NCBI GenBank assembly: GCA_964598765.1
Contig: CAZRCZ010000001.1
Span: 342,327 to 406,326, forward strand
Source: an uncultured Candidatus Sumerlaeota bacterium
GTDB taxonomy: Bacteria > Sumerlaeota > Sumerlaeia > MVZB01 > JAJFLK01
Direction: 5' to 3'
DNA: 64,000 nt
Part shown: in pieces, positions 57,585 to 64,000 of the stretch
How positions within the stretch are numbered: position 1 is the first letter of the stretch
Layout of the letters: every line of letters starts with the position of its first letter
Translations under genes and position numbers: made by a program
The notes under the pieces: generated by a model
What the model saw: only the letters and a program-made list of their open reading frames with translations
What the model was told of the DNA's origin: nothing
Databases searched by the model: none

Positions 57585-59229
57585 TCACCAGCTTCCCCGC
57601 GCGATCGGCATGTGCCGCCCATAGCCGAACGCCTTGCCGGTGACCTTCAGTCCGGTCGGCATTTGCTGGCGCTTGTATTCGTTGCGGTCAATCATTCGGA
57701 CCACCCGCTGGACAAGCTCCTTGTTGCCTCGGCGGGCAACGATCTCTTGGAGGCTGACACGTTGCTCCACGTAATCCGCGATGATCGGATCGAGGAGGTC
57801 GTAGGGGGGAAGCGAATCGGTATCGAGTTGGTTGGGACGCAATTCTGCCGACGGGGGTTTCTCGATACTGTTTTTCGGGATGCGCTCTTTCTCGCGGTTG
57901 ACCCAACGCGAGAGCGAATAAACCCGCGTCTTCAAGACGTCCGAGAGAACCGCCAGCCCACCGCTCATGTCGCCGTAGAGTGTGCAGTAGCCCGTTGCCA
58001 ATTCCGATTTGTTTCCTGTGGTCAGCACCAGCCAGCCAAATTTGTTGGAGATCGTCATGAGGAAATTGCCGCGGATCCGCGCCTGCAAATTTTCTTCGGC
58101 GAGTCCGAACGGCGCGCCCTTGAAAATTTCATTCAGCGATTTCAACGCCGACTCAAAGACGGATTGAATCGGCAAGAGATGAAATTCGATTCCCAAATTC
58201 TTCGCCAGTTGTTTCGCATCGGTGCGGCTGTGCTCCGAACTGAACTGCGACGGCATGGCGACGCCGCAGACGTTTTCCGGTCCCAAGGCGTCGGCGGCGA
58301 TCACCGCCGTCAGCGCCGAATCAATCCCGCCGGAAAGTCCGATCACGACCTTCTTGAAACCGCATTTCCCGACGTAATCGCGCACACCGAGCGTCAATGC
58401 CCTGTAAATTTCTTCGTTCGAGTCTATTTCCGCAAACGTCCCATGTCCGACCGAATTGGAATCTATCCCCACGACGCTCAGGTCTTCCTGAAAAGAGGGA
58501 GATTGATGAAGGACCTTGCCCTCTATGCCCCACGCCTCGCTCCGCCCGTCAAAAATCAGATTGTCGTTTCCGCCGACCAGATTGACGAACACTAGCGGAA
58601 TTTTGTAGCGGGTCGTCGCCAGCGAATACATTTCCGCGCGGATTTTCGGTTTGCCAAGACAATAGGGCGAAGCCGAAATGTTGATCATCAAATCCGGCTT
58701 TTGTTCGGCGAGCGTTTGCACCGGATCAACGGGGTAAATGCGATTGCGCCAATAGAGTCGGTCGTTCCAGAAATCCTCGCAGATCGTCAGCGCGATGTGA
58801 AGCCCGCGAAACTCGGCGATTTGAACCGATGGAGCCGGTTGAAAATGCCGCGCCTCGTCGAAAACGTCATAGGTCGGAAGAAGTGTTTTGAAATGACGCG
58901 ATACGATTTTTCCCCGATCCAACACGGCGGCGGCGTTGTAAAGTCCTTTTCCATCTCCTTCGGCTCGCCGCTCGACGTAACCGATGATTGCGCCCGGTTT
59001 GCCTTCTCCCCGCGTCGCCTCCGCCAATTCCTCCAGCGCGCGGCGATTGGCGTCAATGAACGAAGGATGCTCAAGCAAATCCTTGGGCGGATAACCGGTG
59101 AGCGTAAGTTCGGGAAACACGACAATTTCCGCGCCTTGCTTTCCCGCGCGATCCATCGCGTCGAGGATTTTCCGTTTGTTCTCCTGAACGGCTCCAACCG
59201 TGGTGTTGATTTGTGCCAACGCGATCCGC
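57585..59229 (-). CDS. nadE: Glutamine-dependent NAD+ synthetase
   Basis: N-terminal nitrilase-like domain (LRIALAQINTTVG, VVFPELTLTGY) and C-terminal NAD-synthetase domain (VVIGLSGGIDSALTAVIA). Start chosen at TTG 59229 (AAGGA upstream); the longer ORF-track form translates the hexamer repeat as KSKSKSKK. Confidence 0.85.
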
Positions 59230-59253
59230 AATTTTTCCTTGCTCCATGCCCTT

Positions 59254-59289
59254 TTCTTGCTCTTGCTCTTACTCTTGCATCTGCTCTTA
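59254..59289 (-). repeat. Hexanucleotide (AAGAGC-like) tandem repeat in nadE leader
   Basis: Plus-strand cttgct cttgct cttact cttgca tctgct cttaat; in nadE sense it reads attaagagcagatgcaagagtaagagcaagagcaag, 25-60 nt upstream of the proposed start. Confidence 0.85.
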
Positions 59290-59431
59290 ATCCAGAAGAA
59301 ATTCGCCGGGTTTGTTTCAAAAACGGCCGGAACGCGACAATGATGAGAAGACTCACGCGAGCGGGAAATTATTGACACCCCATGTAAATTGACCGCATGA
59401 TACGGCGCATTAGGCTGGCGAGGTTGCCCCC

Positions 59432-59866
59432 ATGAAACTTGAGGAAATCCGCGAACTGATCCAATTGATGCGCGAGAACCAGATTACGGAAATTGATCTG
59501 GAGGAGGAAGGCAAGCGTATTCGCCTCGTTTCGGCTCAGGCGCAATCGTATCATCCGCAACCGATTACTGCTATCGCCGCGTCGCCCGAACCGATCGGGC
59601 CGGTTCTCGGTTCCGTGGCTCCGGCTCCCGCCTCCGACGCTCCCAAGGTTCCGACGACCACGATCAACAGCCCGATCGTCGGGACGTTCTACCGTTCCCC
59701 CTCGCCGGAAAGCGCTCCCTTCGTCAGCGTAGGCGACGAAATTGAGGAGGAATCAGTTTTGGGGATCGTCGAGGCGATGAAGGTGATGAACGAAATCAAG
59801 GCCGAGATCAAGGGGAAGATTCTCGAAGTCTTCTGCGCGAACGGACATCCGGTCGAATTCGGCTAG
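59432..59866 (+). CDS. accB: Acetyl-CoA carboxylase biotin carboxyl carrier protein
   Basis: Pro/Ala-rich linker and biotinyl domain with EAMKVMNEI biotinylation motif. Confidence 0.93.
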   Translation: MKLEEIRELIQLMRENQITEIDLEEEGKRIRLVSAQAQSYHPQPITAIAASPEPIGPVLGSVAPAPASDAPKVPTTTINSPIVGTFYRSPSPESAPFVSVGDEIEEESVLGIVEAMKVMNEIKAEIKGKILEVFCANGHPVEFG

Positions 59867-59942
59867 CCCCTGTTCCGCGTGAATCCCGCGTTTTAGGTTT
59901 CTTCGGGGTCATTGATCTTCGGTCCACGGAATTCCGGTCTGC

Positions 59943-61280
59943 ATGTTCCAAAAAATCCTCATCGCCAATCGGGGCGAAATCGCCCTCCGAATCATTCGAA
60001 CGTGCAGGGAAATGGGTATCGCCACGGTCGCCGTCTATTCCTCCGCCGACCGCGATTCGCTTCACGTCCGCTTCGCCGATCAAGAAGTCTGCATCGGTCC
60101 TCCGCCCAGCCAGCAAAGCTACCTGAACATGGCGCAGATTCTTTCGGCGGCTGAAATCACCGACTCCGAGGCGATCCATCCCGGCTACGGATTTCTCGCC
60201 GAAAACGCCGATTTCGCCCAGCTTTGCAGTCAGTGCAAGATCACCTTCATCGGTCCCAAAGCCGACTCCATCCGCAAGATGGGGGACAAAGCGATGGCGC
60301 GCAAGACGATGATGGACGTCAAGGTTCCCGTTCTCCCGGGGAGCGACGGCGTCTTGAAAACCGCCGACGAGGCGCGCGTCGTTGCCAACAAAATCGGTTA
60401 TCCCATTATCATCAAGGCGGCGGCCGGTGGAGGCGGGCGCGGCATGAGGGTCGCGCACACCGACGTCGCGCTTCCGACTGCGTTTCAGGCGGCGCAGACC
60501 GAAGCCGAAGCCGCGTTCGGCAACGGCGACGTTTACATTGAGAAATATCTGATGAATCCGCGCCACGTAGAATTTCAGATTCTCGGCGACGCGAAGGGAA
60601 ACATCGTTCATCTCGGCGAGCGCGATTGCTCGACGCAACGCCGCCACCAAAAATTGATCGAGGAATCCCCCAGCCCGGCGGTGGACGAAAAACTTCGCCG
60701 GACCATCGGCGACGCGGCGATCAAGGCCGCCAAGGCCGTCGGCTACATTGGCGCCGGGACCGTCGAGTTCCTCGTGGACGGACGCGACTATTACTTCATG
60801 GAAATGAACACGCGCATTCAGGTCGAGCATCCCGTCACTGAGGAGGTGATGGGCATGGATTTGATTCAGGAGCAAATCCGAATCGCCGCCGGAGAGCGAT
60901 TGACGATCAGCCAGAAGCACGTCAATCTGCGCGGCCACGCGATGGAGTTCCGCATCAACGCCGAGGATCCCGACCGCAATTTTGCCCCGTGCCCGGGCAA
61001 AATCACCGCCTATCACGTTCCCGGCGGTCGCGGCGTTCGCGTGGATTCGCACGTTTATGACGAATACGTCATTCCCCCCTATTACGATTCGATGATCGCC
61101 AAGCTCATCATCTCGGCCCCCTCGCGTGAGGAGGTTCTGCGCCGCGCCGAACGCGCCCTCGATGAATTCGTGATCGAAGGGATCAAGACGACCCTTCCCT
61201 TCCACCGCGCCATGTTGCGCAACGAAAAATTCCTTTCCGGCAATTTCACGACCAATTCGTTGGCGGAGATGATGAAATGA
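59943..61280 (+). CDS. accC: Acetyl-CoA carboxylase biotin carboxylase subunit
   Basis: [19 protein letters not shown]...; ATP-grasp fold, 445 aa. Confidence 0.95.
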   Translation: MFQKILIANRGEIALRIIRTCREMGIATVAVYSSADRDSLHVRFADQEVCIGPPPSQQSYLNMAQILSAAEITDSEAIHPGYGFLAENADFAQLCSQCKITFIGPKADSIRKMGDKAMARKTMMDVKVPVLPGSDGVLKTADEARVVANKIGYPIIIKAAAGGGGRGMRVAHTDVALPTAFQAAQTEAEAAFGNGDVYIEKYLMNPRHVEFQILGDAKGNIVHLGERDCSTQRRHQKLIEESPSPAVDEKLRRTIGDAAIKAAKAVGYIGAGTVEFLVDGRDYYFMEMNTRIQVEHPVTEEVMGMDLIQEQIRIAAGERLTISQKHVNLRGHAMEFRINAEDPDRNFAPCPGKITAYHVPGGRGVRVDSHVYDEYVIPPYYDSMIAKLIISAPSREEVLRRAERALDEFVIEGIKTTLPFHRAMLRNEKFLSGNFTTNSLAEMMK

Positions 61281-61293
61281 TGGGGATAAAACC

Positions 61294-61842
61294 ATGACGG
61301 TAGTAAGCGAAATCATCAAGCTCTGGCGCGAGCGCGGCGGATCCAATTACGGACACGAGCCGGTGACGCAACTGGAGCACGCGCTTCAAACAGCCGCGTT
61401 CGCGTTGTGCGAAAACGCGAGCCATGAGCTTGTCGCCGCCGCGCTGTTGCACGACGTCGGGCATCTGCTCCACGATCTTCACGACGACGCCCCCGACGAG
61501 GGCATAGATGATCGGCACGAAATCCTGGGCCAACGCTGGCTGGAGCGGCACTTCGGACCCGCCGTCACCGAACCGGTCCGATTGCACGTCGCGGCCAAAC
61601 GGTTCCTTTGCGCGACCGATTCCTCATACGAATCCCAGTTGAGCGAACCATCGCGCGTGAGTTTGCGGCTTCAAGGGGGCGTGATGTCCGCCGGAGAGGT
61701 TGCGGAGTTCAACGCCTTGCCGTTCGCGCGCGACGCCGTCCGTCTGCGCCGCTGGGATGACGAGGCGAAAATGGTTGGCATGACAACTCCCGGCTTGGAG
61801 GATTTCCGTCCCCATCTCGAAGCGGCGTTGAAGGCAAACTGA
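61294..61842 (+). CDS. HD-domain phosphohydrolase-like protein
   Basis: H...HD motif region (AALLHDVGHLLHD), 182 aa. Confidence 0.6.
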   Translation: MTVVSEIIKLWRERGGSNYGHEPVTQLEHALQTAAFALCENASHELVAAALLHDVGHLLHDLHDDAPDEGIDDRHEILGQRWLERHFGPAVTEPVRLHVAAKRFLCATDSSYESQLSEPSRVSLRLQGGVMSAGEVAEFNALPFARDAVRLRRWDDEAKMVGMTTPGLEDFRPHLEAALKAN

Positions 61843-61980
61843 AGCCTGAAAACCGTTTAGCCGTTCCCAATTTCCATTCCCCGCTTGATTCTAAGACCGC
61901 TTTGGCGCACAATCTTCCGTTTGAGCCTTGGCGGAAGATCGTAAGGTCGAGGCGGAGAGAACTCCGAGGGTAATGGAACC

Positions 61981-62487
61981 ATGCTGTATTGGTGGCTGAT
62001 TTTAATTCTGCTCGTCTATTTTTTTGTCTGTCTTCTTTTAATCGGCGTCATTCTGATCCAATCGGGCAAAGGGGGAGGATTGTCGAGTCTGGCGCAGTCC
62101 ACGGGCGGAATTTCGGACGCGCTGGGCGCGACGGGAGCGGAAAGAACGCTCAACAAGATCACCTCCTTCATCGCGGTCAGTTTCATGGTGTTGGCGATTT
62201 TTCTTTCCATCGCCACAAGTTGCAATAAACAGGGACATTCGGCGTCGAAATTATTGGGCGAGCCTTCTCCGACCAAGCCGAACGCTCCGGGCGCGACGGC
62301 TCCCGCTGTCCCCCCGGCCAATCAAACCGGGGATGAAATTCCGGTTCAAGCGCCGCCAGCACCCGCGCCTCCCGCGAATCCCCCGCAACAAGGCGCGAAT
62401 GCTCCGGCAACCGTATCCGCTCCGCCGCCTGCTCCGGCTCAGCCCGCGCCCGCTTCGCCTCCGGCGGCCCCGGCGCAGGAGAAATAA
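61981..62487 (+). CDS. secG: Preprotein translocase subunit SecG with Pro/Ala-rich C-terminal extension
   Basis: N-terminal TM helix followed by ILIQSGKGGGLS (SecG signature) and second TM; ~90-aa low-complexity tail. Confidence 0.75.
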   Translation: MLYWWLILILLVYFFVCLLLIGVILIQSGKGGGLSSLAQSTGGISDALGATGAERTLNKITSFIAVSFMVLAIFLSIATSCNKQGHSASKLLGEPSPTKPNAPGATAPAVPPANQTGDEIPVQAPPAPAPPANPPQQGANAPATVSAPPPAPAQPAPASPPAAPAQEK

Positions 62488-62526
62488 TTTCGCGGCGCGG
62501 TCTTTCATTGGCCTGCGTTTTCAGCC

Positions 62527-63390
62527 ATGACCTACGGCACTCCCCTTGACGAACCCCAACTTTCCGAGTGGGAAGCCCGCGAGCAACTCTGCGAGGTGGG
62601 ACGCTGGCTTTGGCAACGTCAATACGTCGAGGCTAACGGCGGAAACATGTCGTATCGCCTATCCGACGGGCGCATCCTCGCCACGCCGACGATGATCAGC
62701 AAAGGAATGATGAAGCCCGAGGACATGGTCATTCTCGACATCAACGGCAATCAACTGGCGGGAAAACGGAACAAAACCTCCGAAATTCTCGTTCATCTCT
62801 TGATTCTCAAGAACCGTCCCGATATTCGTTGCGTGATCCATTGTCACCCGCCTCATGCGACGACCTTTGCGATTTCCGGCAAAGCGTTGCCCAAGTGCGT
62901 CCATCCGGAACAGGAGGTATTCTTGGGGGAAGTGCCGATCGCGCCCTATGAAACACCCGGAACGCAAAAAGTCGCCGACACGCTTTTGCCCTACGTCAAT
63001 GACTTCAATGTTTTTCTTCTGGCAAGCCACGGCGCGGTCTCGGCCGGTCGCGGAATTCTCGACGCCTATTGGAAAACCGAAATCGTCGAAGCCTATTGCC
63101 GCTTGATTATTTTGTCGCAGGCCCTTGGCGGACCAACGACGCTCAACCAACAACAGATGAGCGAACTTTTGCAGATCAAGCGAAACCTCGGCATCCATGA
63201 CCGCCGCCATTCGGATCCTTCCGCCGTTCCGTGTGATCGGCCTTCTCCCGCTCCACCCGAATTTTCACCCGTCGAGCCTCCCTGTTCCTGTTCGTCCGAA
63301 TCCAAGGCCCAAACCTCAGTTTTGCCGAATCCCGACGCCGAATTGGTCAAGCGCGTGACCGAAGCGGTGATGAAAAAATTACGGGGATAA
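62527..63390 (+). CDS. Class II aldolase/adducin-family protein with ~55-aa C-terminal extension
   Basis: Class II aldolase core (EANGGNMSYR, HCHPPHATTFAISG, SHGAVSAG) followed by Pro/Ser-rich linker and terminal helix DAELVKRVTEAVMKKLRG. Confidence 0.8.
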   Translation: MTYGTPLDEPQLSEWEAREQLCEVGRWLWQRQYVEANGGNMSYRLSDGRILATPTMISKGMMKPEDMVILDINGNQLAGKRNKTSEILVHLLILKNRPDIRCVIHCHPPHATTFAISGKALPKCVHPEQEVFLGEVPIAPYETPGTQKVADTLLPYVNDFNVFLLASHGAVSAGRGILDAYWKTEIVEAYCRLIILSQALGGPTTLNQQQMSELLQIKRNLGIHDRRHSDPSAVPCDRPSPAPPEFSPVEPPCSCSSESKAQTSVLPNPDAELVKRVTEAVMKKLRG

Positions 63391-63462
63391 GATTCGCCCG
63401 CCTCAACTTTTTCCGGCGATTTGCTTTCCTCTTCGAACGGGCAACCCGATGAGAAGGGTCTT

Positions 63463-64000
63463 ATGACCGAACCGACCGCCGACCGCCATCCTTCCCATCT
63501 TGCGCGTCTCTACGACCGTCTGGTTCTCGAAGGGCCGATGCCCGCGCTCATCGTGTTCTCGTTTCTCGTCGTCACGGCGCTTTTGGGGTTCCGCATCCGA
63601 AATTTTCAGGTGGACGCTTCCGCCGATTCCATCTGTCTCGAAACAGACAAGGATCTTCAGTATTACGATCAGTCGCGGCTCGTCTTCGGAAGCGATGAAT
63701 ACATCGTCGTCGTCGTGCAAGCCCCCTCGATGGAGGACCTTCTGTCAGAACATTATTTGTCCATTCTCAGCGAATTCACGGGGGAGATCGCCAAGGCTAA
63801 GGACGTGGAATCCACGCTGAGCATTCTGGACGTTCCGCTGTTCCACAGTCCCGATATTTCGGTGCTTCAGTTGGCCAAGGGCTACAACACGCTCTCGATG
63901 TTGCTCCGCCCCGACGTGAGTCCGGCGAAGAAGAAACAAATCCGCGAAGGAGCCAAACAGGAACTGATCGAAAGCCCGCTCTTCAACGATTACATCATCA
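63463..64000 (+). CDS. RND-superfamily / MMPL-like exporter, N-terminal part (continues beyond window end)
   Basis: Open frame from ATG 63463 to window end; N-terminal TM helix then periplasmic-loop-like sequence (DASADSICLETDKDLQYYDQSRLVFGSDEYIVVVVQ) typical of MMPL/HpnN-type exporters. Not in ORF track because it runs off the edge. Confidence 0.55.
   Translation, partial: MTEPTADRHPSHLARLYDRLVLEGPMPALIVFSFLVVTALLGFRIRNFQVDASADSICLETDKDLQYYDQSRLVFGSDEYIVVVVQAPSMEDLLSEHYLSILSEFTGEIAKAKDVESTLSILDVPLFHSPDISVLQLAKGYNTLSMLLRPDVSPAKKKQIREGAKQELIESPLFNDYII

Noticed and set aside
57612-58595. 327-aa plus-strand ORF opposite nadE
   Set aside because: Antisense shadow of nadE.
59808-61346. 512-aa minus-strand ORF opposite accC
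   Set aside because: Antisense shadow of biotin carboxylase, which is unambiguous on the plus strand.

Overview
GC-rich bacterial chromosomal segment with about 50 protein-coding genes and no rRNA, tRNA or CRISPR array that I could recognise by eye. Gene content suggests a PVC-superphylum-like organism (a 1301-aa HEAT/cytochrome-c 'membrane-bound dehydrogenase' protein, Tat-exported Gfo/Idh/MocA oxidoreductase and ApbE); this is inference from protein families, not a computed classification. Most of the window is housekeeping: lon, fmt, dnaB, rpsU, the rpsL-rpsG-fusA operon, a hemE-hemN-hemY-hemA heme operon with overlapping start/stop codons, accB-accC, nadE, secG, kup, dsbD. The left edge carries the N-terminal KS-AT-ACP part of a PfaA-like PUFA/polyketide synthase that runs off the window. 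Accessory content is small and scattered: an IS200-like RAYT transposase with an orphan vsr and orphan hicB, a RelE/ParE toxin-antitoxin pair next to fusA, a PIN-domain gene broken by an in-frame amber codon, and two tandem paralogous 126-aa membrane proteins. The most distinctive signal is non-coding: several families of intergenic repeats, namely a ~62-bp double-hairpin REP-like element present twice (one copy abutting the RAYT gene), imperfect palindromes whose arms are tandem CACAGAG/CGCAGAG/CACAAAG heptamers at six loci, and (AAGAGC)n hexamer arrays in the leaders of fmt and nadE. I did not find a clear multi-gene novel system; the repeat families and the possible encapsulation-peptide tail on the class II aldolase are the best candidates for follow-up. 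All calls rest on reading the sequence and the supplied ORF translations; no database search was run. The ORF track uses TTG/GTG as well as ATG starts, so several starts were re-picked.
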